Shown here piece after piece: positions 13,701-27,500 of a stretch of DNA of 64,000 nucleotides. This DNA is from Balanoglossus misakiensis (Eukaryota; Animalia; Hemichordata), in assembly GCA_040954595.2 (NCBI GenBank), contig CM082593.2, positions 4,915,434 to 4,979,433 on the forward strand. Reading direction: 5' to 3'. The notes under the pieces were generated by a model that saw only the letters and a program-made list of their open reading frames with translations, was not told where the DNA came from and made no database searches. The first letter of the stretch is position 1, and each line of letters begins with the position of its first letter. The position numbers and the translations under genes were made by a program.

Positions 13701-16700
13701 TCCAGACAGGTCAGTGACCTTTAACCCATGGTCCAGGTGAACTCTGGTCATTGGCACTTGTGACGATCATGTGATAGTGTTTGCTGATTTGATTGATGGC
13801 AAGATTTCTTTGAAATGTGTGTTTGTTGAATTGTCTTGGAGGCATATATGCATTGTCCTGTTTGAAAGTTGAATAAAATTAATGTGAGTCCTGTTAGACT
13901 GCTTGTGTTTGTTTGGGTCAGGGGAGATGTTTTTGGATTATATTCGTTCATTTGTTGGCATGGTAACATGACAGAACTCTCCAATTTTCTGTCAGAACAA
14001 GAATGACTGACTATTCACGATCTCACATCTTTGTAGAGCATTGCTAACAAATGAACATGTTAGCCATCTTCCATCCCACAGAAGTGAGATACGAGAGGCA
14101 CAACAATTATATCGTCATTTCGAACACTCTGAGGTAGTGAGTACTTGACTCAAGTGCAAGATGTTAATAGCTGGAAGTTGTTAATCACCGAGCCAGACAT
14201 GTCATATGTCATGTCTTTAACAGGTGGTTCTGGAGGTTAGATATCAAATTTGACAGATACTGGAAAACAGGTGGTCGTAGACACGTGTGTGCAAGTGTCT
14301 GGACTTTGACAACCATTAATATTGGAATGAAATGCTTGTCACGAAGAAGTGATCAGCAATACTCGTCAACTTTGACAGACCTGTTCTGATTGGTTCATTC
14401 AAGTGTTAACTGCTCAGCAGTATCAAATCAGAGATGTTGTATTAAATCAGGACATTATCCTGAGAATCGTGTACTGTACTTCAGTGCAAGTGTATCATTT
14501 TTGAAAAACAGTATTATTTATCAAGTCTCCCTTTTTCTAAAAAGTGAAACATTCATACAACCCATGATATTAAACATTTCATGAAATTTGATCAGTCTAC
14601 AGTGTTGATTTAATAAATAACAACACTTAAAGATGTTACATTTTGATATACATATGATCTACAGCTATTTACAAGTGTTTTAGTGGCATTGTCAGTGTCT
14701 GTTGGTTACGTTTTTGCATTTCGACCATTTGTTCAGCTGTTCTTTGCACATGGTATGAGGATATTAGCAACCTAATTTGTTTCAGTAGATACACAACCTA
14801 AGCATTTACAACCTGTGCCTTTCGCACAATTACAATGTTGCTGAAACGCGAAGGCCATCGACTGACATGATTACAGCCAGAAAATCAATCACATACTTAT
14901 AAATGCCAATACTGAAAACATGGGTGATGACATGGTGAAACTGTATCTTGCCCATGAAGTTGCTTGCATCATGTTTGCACCAAAAGAGGGAGGGGGGGGG
15001 GGGGGGGAAGATCTCAAGATAAAAATTATGGTTCAGTGAGAGTGACATTTGTCATCATGAAGAATGAGTGGAGTTAAATGGATGTATTGTGTGGGTAATT
15101 ACAGGTATGTGTAAGACAGATCACATAAGTGGGCACTTAGGAACTGTCACTCAGGAAAGATAATGTAGAGCTGGCCAGGTCTGACACCAGAGGAGAATCG
15201 TCGATTTGGTTTGCAGTAGTAATTCTCCTTCCTTACCAAGATAAGAATGCCTATTTACTCTAAGCCACAACTCTTCATTTAAAGAACTGCGGAATTGGAG
15301 ACCCTCGTATTGAGTTTCTCCTGTGCAGGCTCATTCAGCAGAATTCTAAACAGAACCTAGTGAGGCTTCGTTTTGTTTTGCTTTTATGCGGATCACTCTA
15401 CCGAACAAAAAAAACTTGTCGTGATGGCATAGTAATTATGTCTAGTATTGAGTTTCCTTCCAAGACATACGACCCGTTATTTCCCACAAAGCGCAAAAGT
15501 TGTTAATATACACCCCAAGAGATAAACAACAGTTTATTTCATGCCAGGTACGCGGCTGTTTTGGGAGGGGATGTAATGGAAAGTAGGTCACAAATTATTC
15601 TCTGCAACTGAAATCAGTTGCGTAGTACCAGACTTTTTGTCCGGTTCTATTGACTGGTCAAGTTATTTGACCATCACCAAGACCTAGAAACGGTGACGCA
15701 GGTTCGGCGGGCTTTGTCGTTTCACTGAATTTCGTCGCACAGAATCACTGATGACGAATGTTTGTATACAACAGCCATAACCATGCGATGCAATCTGATT
15801 CTGTAACTGTTCAGACTGTCTGAAAATGATCATTTAGTGGGATTGTGTCTTGTTCAAATACACACTGCTATCGAGACAGTACGCAGACTGTGTGGGAACA
15901 ATTGTGACTGGTTGGTTTCCTTCGGACCAAAGCCTTAGGCAGTGCAGCTACTCATTGCTTCCTGTTTTTGTGAACTGAAAATCTTTTGTCAACCAATCCT
16001 GTCCAGGGTCCCCCTGTCTGTCAAGGTGTACTTGCACTCGGATGTACACTGCCCTCACAGTTCAATCAATCACTTGACGTTCAAAGTAACATCTATGCCT
16101 TTGGTGTGTGTTATTTGTTCCCAAATTAATAGGTCCATAATGCATAACTGAAATTTGGAAGAACGTTTACTTGGCTGTCTGTTGCCACCAAGTGATAAAG
16201 TGAAAGTGTTAGGAAGAAACTAGAGGAAATTTTCAACACTGTTCATGTCATGTCACAAAGATTACATTATTTATATACCTAATGTGAGCGAAGAGGATAG
16301 ATGTGTATAAATATGAACACATCAATGTTTAAGTCAAGCTGATTTCAATATTGCGAAGTCAATATCATTCATACAAGTGTATTGCCCTTAAAAATTGAGA
16401 AATAAACATGCATGTTGAGTCAATTACGGTGACTAGCATCTGAAGTGAAAAACTAATGTCCTTAGCTGGAGAATGTACTCTTTCATGCTTGGATAGAAGC
16501 TAAGTGATGCACACAGTTGCATAGGAACAGGGCAGGCACTTAGAATAACGCTTATGTCATCAAAAAATTATGTGGACAATGTTGTCTGCAGATTTTTCGA
16601 CCTGACAACGTGGGAAGCTTGAAACATTTCTGTGAGCGGGACATCCTTATTCTTTGTTGAGCTGTCAGCGCAACAATTTTTCAAAGAAAGATTGAAATTT

Positions 16701-16779
16701 GCATTAGAATGTTGAGGAATTTTCGCCGCACGAATCTCCCATGTTAACCGTGTGAAATTTGATCCGCCAGCATTCCAAG

Positions 16780-16822
16780 ATGGCCGACTACAACCCGGTA
16801 AAGGTATTCTTCAGGTGGTCAG
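16780..16822 (+). CDS. Candidate alternative first coding exon of DLG5 (MADYNPVKVFFRWS)
   Basis: CAAGATGGCC start context, CAG|gtaaaa donor in phase 1, local CpG enrichment. Confidence 0.45.
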
Positions 16823-17939
16823 GTAAAAAAGGTGGAATTTTTCCGAAATTGTTTTCTTTCATATTTATTTTTCCTTTTGTATCTTAACCCTCAAGGAGGT
16901 GAATTATTTGATTTCTTTCTTTTGTGTGACTTTTTGTCAAGTCAGTTTAATATTATGAAAACAAGCAGCCAAGACTGAAGCACAGTGTCTATGGCTACAC
17001 GGCTAGACAGTGTCAGAAATGTGTCGTCAACATTTATATTATTATTGATGGTTGACAAACCCGACATGACTTTTGCCCACTGTCGCTGGCCTATGTAAGG
17101 TGTCCCAACCAGACAACGCTCGGCAGTTGTTAAAGCCATGTTGTTTGTCTGGTACATGTGAACCCCATACACACACAGAAGTTGTTTTCATCCTAGATAC
17201 ACTGCGTCTATTGTTTGCGCGGTGTTTTGCGATTGACAGCATCTGTGTAGGCAGTTTTTGGATATCTGCCAGGCAGGCTGCAGTGTTTTCATTTATTTAT
17301 TAAATCCAGCTCTAAACAAGGCCTTGGTAGCTCTAAAAACTGCACATAACATTAGGTGGTCAGTCCCCAGCTTGGCACAGTTGTCTCAATTTTTATTTTC
17401 GAGAAGGATTTAAGGTCAGAGGTCAAGGTCAGTTTCAACCAGAACTGGTGGCAGCCAAAACACATACATGTATTGACATTGTACATTGAGATGGGGTGAT
17501 ATGCAGGATAGTTATATGCTGTTCTATATATATTCTTTGGGATGATACTAAAATCATTAACTTATACAGTAGGATTGGCTCTTTAACTTTGTTGTGAATT
17601 GCAAAACCAGAGTGAAGTCAACCCATTAAATTAAACTGTCACATGTAAGCAATAATTAAACTTTGTGGTACTAGTATCATAATATTCAAACATAACCTTT
17701 TGACCATTTTTACTTTGTATTATAAATGTTACATTTCTACAATGTTCCGTGTATATCATTTTTTACCAGTGTGCTTTATAATATTTGTAAAAATTCAGAC
17801 TTGTAAATCGGACAAGGAAAACAAATGTGATTGGTTGAGTTATTGGGTTCTTGGATATCCACAATAAATCACCGGCCAGCGCTTGTTGTCGCTGCTGTAC
17901 TCCGCAGAGAGACTGTTTCTCAGTTCCTCTGCTTGAGTG

Positions 17940-18042
17940 ATGACAAAACACTGCCTGTGGGAAAAAACTCCTCGAGTGTTTGTCTGTGTGTTCATCTTGC
18001 TCCGAGGGAGGCCCACGGATCGATCCTCGCATCTATTGTGCG
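17940..18042 (+). CDS. Candidate alternative first coding exon of DLG5 (MTKHCLWEKTPRVFVCVFILLRGRPTDRSSHLLC)
   Basis: Open from ATG to a CG|gtaatt donor in phase 1, in a GC-elevated patch; start context is modest. Confidence 0.3.
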
Positions 18043-19491
18043 GTAATTGTCCCCTGTCAACAATATTAACTGTTCCCGGGGTCTGTGTGCCAACATCTGA
18101 TTTATACACTTGTCAATGCAGTGACCTCTGTAAAGGTCATCAACAGGTCGCCCGGCCATTCAGATCTGTCAGCTTATGTAAAGTCTGCTGTTTGATTGAC
18201 ATGTTGACGTTTATCCGGATCTGTCCTAGTTTCGGTGCTGCTGTGATGCTGATAAAGATTTTTAGAAAAAGAGAAAAACAACTAGCAGTCATCACATATT
18301 AATAGGCCTGGCCGTCAATCGCTTAGAAGTCTTTCACTGTGGTCTATTCTTAGACTTCATGGAAAAGTCCATAGATTGGCCTAGTCAAAAAGTCCATAGA
18401 TTGAATGAATACAATACGGATCCATTTTCTTCCAGTTGGCAAAAACTGGGCTAACACTACAGTGGATTAGCCTGGTGCTAGCTGACTACCACAATTGTTC
18501 ATGCGAGCATGTCTGTTGCATCTGTGCTGATAAGATGTGGCTAGGTGCTAAATTTGCTAGCCCAGACTGGCCTTGGGTTAGCCCTGAGCTGACTCAGTGG
18601 GAAACTTCTGATCTTACTGTTTTCTCTGCAATGTTTTAGATATCTTGGCTTTGTTGGGTAGGATTTTGATATACTCTGTTTTATAAATGAAGGAGAACAA
18701 ACCACGTGTTGTCCAATGTTGACAATAGCTTGACATAATGAGGCCTGTCAATCACTTATGTTATATGAATATCCATAAATGACCTCAACGACCTTAACAA
18801 TGAGAGATTGAGGGCGCTGTCAAGTAATGCTCTGTATGTTTCATATCTTTTATAATGATGATGTATCTTGTGAATAATCCAAATAGAGACCATTTTCCGT
18901 TATTTGAGATCCAAAATGTTATTTTCCAGTGGCTGTAGATTTTTGATGAACCCTGTTTTAATCGGTAATAAGTATAGCTAGGTAATTAGGATAGTTTTGG
19001 AGTTTGACATAACTAATTCAGATGACATGCTATACAATAGCATAAACTGTTTTGAAAAAAATGAAATCACAGGACGAAACCACTTACACTGTATGTGTAA
19101 ATACGCAACTGCAAACTAAAACTTACTTGAACGACATGTCACATTTTCGCCAGAATCAATATCAACATCTCTCAAAGGAAATCAACATATTCGTATTCTG
19201 TGTTTTTATTGACATGCTTGTTTTTGTGTTACCACAGACCTTGACTAAAAACACACACTGTCATAAAATCATCCTTTGTGAATTTATCACCACTGAACTG
19301 CCTTTATCTGCCATGGTGAACTTTTGATATTTACTTTTTACTTGGAGTGTCGAGCACTGGTGAATGGTTATCGTCTTTCATCTCCTGGTTTTTGTACCTC
19401 GCCCAGTCGTTCACCTTTCCCTGACATCGTAATTTACAAAGGAAGTGATGTTTGTCGGTCTGGCGGACTTGGAACAGTTTCTTTGAGATTG

Positions 19492-19561
19492 ATGATTACC
19501 TTCAATAAATCGGTTTTAGCATATTGTCGCAAATTTTCCCCTTCGTGCCAACGCATCCCAG
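19492..19561 (+). CDS. Candidate alternative first coding exon of DLG5 (MITFNKSVLAYCRKFSPSCQRIP)
   Basis: ATG to CAG|gtgtgt donor in phase 1; upstream GGAAGTG...GGTCTGGCGGA resembles the leader at 31035. Confidence 0.33.
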
Positions 19562-21478
19562 GTGTGTCATGCAGCGTGTTTGCGTTCGGATAAAAAATTG
19601 GGTTTTATGCGATACCGAGTTGTACTTTGGTTTGGTTGAAACGTGGTGTTTTTGTACGGAATGGTAATTTGAGTGATGTATCTGAGAGAAAAATACTGGT
19701 AAATCATGCGTTGTTGACTAAGCATATTTTGAAATGTCTAGCATAATCCCTACATGTACGTGTACGCCACACATAGTTTGTTTACGCGGCAGTTGATATG
19801 TTTTGTTGTATGTGATGGCGGGGGTTTCTCGGCTAAGTCGACTTGCGTAGGCGGTGTAATGTCTGTGAAAGGTGAAACTGCTCTACTTTAGAAAACTTGA
19901 CGCACATTCTGATGGGGGAAAGTACATGTCACATTTGGATGGGTCATCACATACATGTACTTGGAAATTACATAGCATATGGTAAATAGTTTGATTTTCA
20001 TTTTCAGAGAGAAATATATATGTAATTTATTTATGGTAAGGGGCAATTTCTATGACAGTGGAGTGTGATGTGTAATTAACTATCTATAAATAAGCAATTG
20101 AGTCATCAAGTCATCTTGTGAAGAATTTGTTCAGTGAAGATGAAATTAAAACTGTTAATGAAAAGTCATTTCATTACTCTCACTCATTTTCTATTTGATG
20201 ACAATTTAATACCCACTTAATACAGAAGATATAGAAGATGAAATTACTTCAAGGTAGCTACATTTAATACATGTTACTGTTACTGTCCCATACTTTTCAA
20301 TGGCGTTTACTTCGTACAAGTTTACATCTGATAGCTTTGAGTAATCGGTAACATGGTCAAGTGGGGGCGCTGTTCAAAATTTATGTGAGTAAAGTTCATA
20401 TCACACTTAGTTTTGGGTGTGGACATTGTTATGACCAGAATATTCTCTACAATCCACAAAACATAAACAGTTACACCCAAAAATGTCATACAGTTGTAAA
20501 AATTATGGCTATCTACCGTAAGATAATAAAGTTGATAGGTTTTTGAGATTCCAGTGTGTCATTAATTTAAAGTTCAAGAGCTGCCAAACTCTTACAATTT
20601 ATTCCATGTTTATTCTCTGGGTCAGTTTCTAAAATTTATCTGGTGCAATACCGTACCAGGTTAATAGCTGTAAGTTGAAAAGTTCAGGGATTGCATTGCA
20701 TGGAAAAGAAATGTTTGCGATTTTTTGGAATTGATCAGGAATTGAAAAATGGAGACTTTATTGTGGTGTCTGGGCAAAGAGAAAGGGAGTAAGGTTGGGT
20801 GTAAAGGAAAGAAAAGTATGATTTACAAAAGTATAATAATTGTTGACTTAGAGAATTTACAAAAGTAGCCAGAAAAATGATGTATGGCAACCAGGATTAA
20901 GGAAGGCTCTTGTTATCTGACTTTTGATTCATATCTGCGTCAATAGCCAGAGACAGTCTAGACAACATGATATTGCTACCGGTAATATCTGCTCAAATTT
21001 CATAAGAGATTCGTCTGTAGACAAAGAAACCTAGCCAGGTTGCCGGTACTATGCCCTCGCTTGATCATTAACGATTCAAAAAATCCCAATGTTTGAGATG
21101 AGTGTCATCAGGGACAGAACAGTATCTGTCTGCATAGCCTTAGGAAAACAAAATCAATCGATGTGAGAGATCCTGCACCTGAGAAAGATTATGCTTGGGG
21201 TTATGGTGATAAAATCTGTATTCAGTTGTGTTAATGTGCACAGTTTTAAAACAGCAATCCCATTTTCTTGATGCATACATGTACATTGTACATTTTATGT
21301 TTTACATACACTTTGAAGTGAACAATACATTGATAGCAGATAACCCACTATTTATCATCACAAATTCTGACTCATCATGTTTTAGTGTACTCACTTCCCC
21401 AGCTATCAACTGGATTATGATTTTTTTGTTAGAAAGCCAAGAATTACATTATTTACATATTTGTAATTTTTTTTTCAG

Positions 21479-21544
21479 GTTCTTCTTCTCAGTCCACAGT
21501 GTCATCATACACATCAGAATCAGATGTTGATACGGGTCATAGAA
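21479..21544 (+). CDS. DLG5: DLG5 small Ser-rich internal exon (GSSSQSTVSSYTSESDVDTGHR)
   Basis: Strong poly-T acceptor tttttcag and gtaagt donor. The 66-nt phase 1/1 exon joins in frame to the 35202 exon and resembles the Ser-rich linker after the DLG5 CARD. Confidence 0.7.
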
Positions 21545-24500
21545 GTAAGTGCCACATGTTAGATTGTATTGCAAATCCATGGATTCTGACTGTACTCTGA
21601 ATCTATCTCTGTCACTTGTGACAGCAGCAAAGACCAGTGTGACAGGCAATGGGAAGTGAGGAAGGAGTCAATGATGATAGACTAGATTTGCAGACATGTT
21701 TCGATTGATGTTGTGATGATTGAGTTACACACAGAGAGGCATATATGGTGATGTTTGCGGCGATGTATGGAGTGATGTGCTTGGTGGTGGCTATAGTGAC
21801 AGGTGTTTGCAACAGATATCCGTATGTATGGTGACGCTGTGGTGAGGTGAAATGTTTATGCGCATGGTGATCGCTATGGTGACCGATATGTCAACAAATT
21901 GGTAAGATAGAATGTGGAACGAGATGAGAGAGATTTGTATCAGGACACCAAGGTCTCGTTTGATATTAAAATCATCACCGAAGATCGAGGAAGGAAGAGA
22001 TACCGAAGAGACAGGAAGTATACCAATTACTTTTCAAACAAGTGAAAAAGAGCAGATCTGTTTTCAGGGCTGTGTTGGTTGTATCAAATATCTAGAAACA
22101 AGGTCATATCGTCTTAGAGATCAAAGTTTTTTGTAATCGTTATATATGATAATAAATTTTAGACTTGTGATTTAGTATGCGTGAGTTATCGTAAGATTTC
22201 TTTCTCAGTATTCAAGGCGCATTTTAAGTTTATTGTTAATGTAAACAAACTATAATGCTCTTGTTCATCCATACATGGAACTATGGATCAGCATGTTTGC
22301 ATTGGAACTTAGAGTTTCATTGGTGACAAGACCGACTCACTCTGAAAAGGGGTCAAGAAGTCATTCGATCAAAGGTCACTATATTCCAAGTACCAAATCA
22401 GATTCAATTAGTCGATTGATTTGTTGCTGACATTCAGAAAGTACCTCTTGAGAGCGTGACAACTCATCATATTTGCTGATATTATATAACCCTGCTTGCA
22501 AGTTGTAGCAAATGGTGGTTACATGTATGAAACATGCCATGTCTTTCACTGAATAAATCTATGAAGGAAATGTACGGCCACCATTTTCTGTTCATGGCAA
22601 GAAAATGCAAAATTATAATTTTTCTGACCGAGTACACATATTAATAGTCATTTTGAGTGCTGGTAAAATATGAGATAGTCAGTTCTCTATTATTCAGAAT
22701 TTGCATGGCGACTGCTTGATAAGAGTGGAGGATTTCGGCACCATGTTGAATTCAGATATTGCACGATATTGCAAAGATGCAGAGATAATTTGGTTCATAA
22801 TTTGTGACCCTTCCATTTGATGCGAACTTGTATGTGAGTGACTGACAGCCAGAGTCGGAGGACTGAAATTCTTGTGGTATGTGCGCACTTCGTACAAATA
22901 TTTCCTGAAATTGTTGAGGCTGCATGCTTTTTTGTTCAAGTGTGAATAATTGATGAGTGGAGGCTGTATTCAAGCAGTCCATTAAATTGTCAAAATAAGC
23001 CCCCTGTTGACGGCAAATTCTATTAAAACACAACCGTGTGTTCACAATTCCACCGCCACTTAAGCATTGTTGCCTGGACATTGTGTCGAGTGCTTTAGGA
23101 AATTGCAATTTCTTTGTTGAGAGGGCACCCCTTGTGGCGAAATAAAATCACTGTTGTCGGTCTCCTGGCTTGCCGCACTACTGAAGAACGTCTATCATCA
23201 TTCCTCCATATTCTCATATTCTAGATGTCAGTTTCCTTTTAAATATGAATTATTCCGTTTGAGAAGTGGCTGAGGAGTCTAGTGATGGAAAAATAAGTTT
23301 CAACTATATTCTGTAAACTGTTGTATCATTGTGTTGAATTGAGTTAATATCTCTTGGGGTGTCTAATGATATCCTTGAAATGTCCCTACGCAAGAAATGA
23401 AGACATTTTATTACAGATACTCTGTAGCAAGTAATCTCCCATGGCAATACAAGTTCTGCTTTATTCATTGAGTCATATCAGCATTACTTACGTACGGTAC
23501 ATTTTCAGTGTATGTGTGTTTGGGGAAAACACATTGCGATTTAATGATGTCAAAATTTAGACTATGGTCCACATGGCCTGTATTTGTGATGAGCAACAAA
23601 ATTGTCTCCAATTGTATTTACCGGTATATAAAATCCTTTAGAGACGTCAGCTCATTTGATACACTGATTACTGGGCATTTCACCATGCATTACAAAGCAG
23701 AACATGACTTGTTTTTTCACAAATATCTGAAACCATTACTGCTATAAAACTGGCACCCACTGTCCCTATAAGGTTATACCCAGTAGCGCAAAGGAGCTAG
23801 TCAGGCGGTTTGTCTTCCCCCTTTGTCTTTCGGCGCTCACACTTCATGCGTCGGCAGCCCTGCACAAAGGCACGATAAAATTACAAGCCCAGGGCATGCT
23901 GCAACTCAGATAAATTAATCAGAAGGGGATCTCCTAACAAGGTTGACATGCGGGTAATGATGGGCCTGGGGACTCCCAATGGAATTGGTCCTGTTTGATG
24001 GATCTGATGAGTTCCATTGTTTTGGTGGGTGTATGCACTGATCAGGTCACATAGCTATGTGTGTTGGTATCTGAGCCCAACCAGGTGGCTGAATATCAGA
24101 AAAAATATGACTCAGCCTCTGAATTTTCGCAGGCGTCATGTACACCCCTTCAAATCCAGCAATTTCCAGTGTTTATATTAACAAAGGTTTCGGAAAAAAA
24201 CTCTTGTTTATGAAATCTTCATTGGTTTGGGGGAATTTTCAATGCAAGTCTGTTGTGTATTAATACAGAAAATCAAACCCTAACCAGTAAAATTTCTGAG
24301 AACCATAAGCCTTGGCATACAGATATTTTGATGGAACATCTACTGGGAAAAAATGACTCATATTTTGCTTCTGGGTGTAAATAATTACTATCATTAATTT
24401 TGACCCAACTTGTCATTTTTTGGCCATTTTCTTTCTTAACAACTTTGTTTATTTGCGTTTATTCTGGCTACTCGAAGTACCACACATTGAAATACAATAT

Positions 24501-27500
24501 TTCTGTGAGATGCATGACACATTGATGCTGGCAGTGCAAATACCCTAACACTAACACCATTGCAATTTTTCATATTTCTGTCATTTTTACAAATGAATAA
24601 TGTTTTCTTGTGCAATAAATCAGCTCACATGATGTCTGGGTGTCATGGTTCAATTACTACATTAGAATTATTGCTCTATATATCAGAATTACCGTGATGT
24701 TTTCCAAATCAGCCAGGCAGTTGCAATTGTATGTTAGTAACATCTGTGGATTTATGTCCCGTCAGAGTTTTATATGATTCATTATTTGGAGGATGAGATG
24801 TTCAACATTGAGAAAGTTTAAAATGTAGTTTTAGGTCAGATCTCAATTTAGTTTTCATTTCATTGTCTGTGTGCTTCTTATCAAAGTGTAAGTCCCAGGT
24901 GGACTTTATTTATTGGTGGAATCCAAACCTTTATCATATCATATTTTAGGTCAAGTTGCCTTTCCCTCCATGCTTTGATTGAATGTATTCATATTTATCA
25001 ACACATGCAGACACCATTCAAAGCGATTCCCAAACCCTGGTATAGAATATCATATGATCTTTTTCGTCTAATACTCTTTGTGTCAGCATGTCAGTTTCCG
25101 TAATAAATTTGACAGGAAGCATTCAATTTTCACAGTCTGGTTATTTTCAAGTCGCTAGCTCTGACTGATTTTTGGCAATGTGTCAGAAGTCTCCTGACTA
25201 GAAAGGGGAGCATGTCAGTGAAATGTTTGCATTGGTCAGAAAGTACAACTTTTCAGGTCAAAGCCTTGTATTCTTGACTGTTGGGGTCACACAGTTGAAC
25301 ATAAAAATAGATCTAATCATCGCCAATTAATTGTTTTATCAGTCGGGATTGAAGTGTAAGTCGCATCGATGACAGGCTGGGGCAAGCTGACAGGCTAGAT
25401 CATGCTTTCAGAACATTTGACGCTCTCCATGATTTGAATGAAAATCACCCCCTAAAGCTGTTTTTATGATCATTACTAGCAGATGTGTTCAGGCAGAGAT
25501 AATTAATGAGAAGTAAACTGGTTGATGAGGAGGATCAGGGTAAGAGATGTAATATTTGGAGAGGGGAGAAATGTCTGAGTTTCTAAGTATCACATGACTT
25601 TGCATCATTGCATACAGTTGATTCACAGGAGAAAACATTTCTAAAAAGTTGCCAAAAGTTATAGGTACTACATGGGGCTTTCTGTTATGCCGTACGGCGT
25701 AAAAAAATCCCAGGGGCAGTTCTGTTTTCAGTAATAAATCTGGTTCTCATATTTCTGACTACGTCCATTCATGATTGGATTTGAAAGGTGCAAACTTTGC
25801 CACAGATCTGATCCCATAAGATGAAATGTGGGTTGGTTACAATTTTATGCCTCTCAGGGGATTCATGTGCTTGTCAGAGAAATTGCCATTTTGAGTTATG
25901 TTGCTATGAAAGATTTGAAATTGTGACACTGTAATGCATGTTTATTTGTTAGTAGGTTGTAAACTCCAGTAATGCTGAAAAAATGGGATATGAGTGTAGG
26001 TTACTTCGACCAAGTCCCACCCTGTGGGCCAAGGTGTTGATTATGCCAACAGTGAAAAGCTCTGCAGTTATGACTATGAGGAAGATATCTGCTTGGGGAG
26101 GGAGGGAGGGGGAGGGAGAGATGACTGACTGACAAAGACAAATGATGGACAAATTATTAAGACAGTCAGGAATGGTACTGGAACAAAAAATAGGTTGTAT
26201 AGAGACAATTCTGCATGCATGTAGAGCTCAAACATATCATCTTTTTATTCATAGACTCGAGATTTGATGCTTTGTTCCAAATTATAAATTATTCATTATT
26301 GCGATCCTGCCAATAAAGTTTGAATAATAAACCTTTTGAACCTGAAGATCAAGTTTGTCATGATATATTTGAATCACTTGTCACTATCCATGCATGGCAC
26401 CTTGATTAGAATTCGGGAAGATGTGATTTATAAGTGGGGATTTGCATAAGCCCTGCAACCACACCATTCAACTTAAGTGTTGAATCACAACTTTAAATCG
26501 CATTAAAAATGAGCATTTTCAAGCTACAGAAACAAATATCATAAGCCCCATACACTTACGACGTCTTGAGGTGATACGAGGGTGATGATATATGTCATCT
26601 TGTTATAAAGGTTTAGGACAAATTTTACCTGTTTGTTTTCACTATTCAGTCTTTAAAATTCATCTTTAATATTCTTTGTTAACAACACACCTGTGAGCAG
26701 AAAGAATTTTCTTCACTAAAATAATTTACAGCAGTTGACATGCATTTCAGATTTTTCTGAATGCTCTCTATATTCAGATGAAAGATAACATTGTCAGCAT
26801 GTTCATAATCTGTCAGAAAGCGCCAGTTTTTCATATTTCAGTAACTGCTCCCAGCATACATGCATATGCATTTACTAGTATTTATAATCATGAATAGCTG
26901 GAGCCCTGCATCATTGTGCATGTATGGACCCTAATTGCCTAATTGAATCAACAGTCAATGTTTTTACGTCATAACACAAATCAGAGAAAGGGGTCGTATT
27001 GTTTGTTTTCTCTTTTACAAAATTAATTTGGTGATTGTCAATTTGATAAAGACCGAAGACAGCCCATCATCAATTTGTTGAGCTTTGTTGTCAGTTGCCA
27101 AAGCTATTTATCAAGGCTTCTAGCAAAAAGCAATATTGGTTTTTTATGATTGATTTTTATGGAGTTTGAAATATTGGCATGAATGGAGTTTATTGCCTTG
27201 TGTTGCAGGGTCTGAGCGTTTGCTTTTTGTTGCACTGATAGATTTGATTTTTCATTTTCATATATAGCTGGAGAGGCTTAAATTATTTATCCAACTTGCA
27301 AATATTCATCGTGTGTTGTCAGTGATTATAAGTAGCATTTGCCCGTACCTGAGGGGCTCTCCTAGCCTCGGAATCTGTGCAATTTCGATAGAACATTGGA
27401 TACAAGGTAATCTGATCCATGTTTTGTAAGGAAAGCTCAGATTAGTATCTGTCTGTTGGCCTTAATTCTTGCGAATCGATGTAAAGCGATACAGGCAGAG

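Noticed and set aside
18029-18040. Identical 12-mer GCATCTATTGTG shared with the candidate exon near 28998
   Set aside because: Many 12-mer matches are expected by chance in 64 kb.
21852-21901. Met-rich frame before a gtaaga donor
   Set aside because: It is phase 2 and lies in low-complexity, TG/GA-rich decayed sequence.
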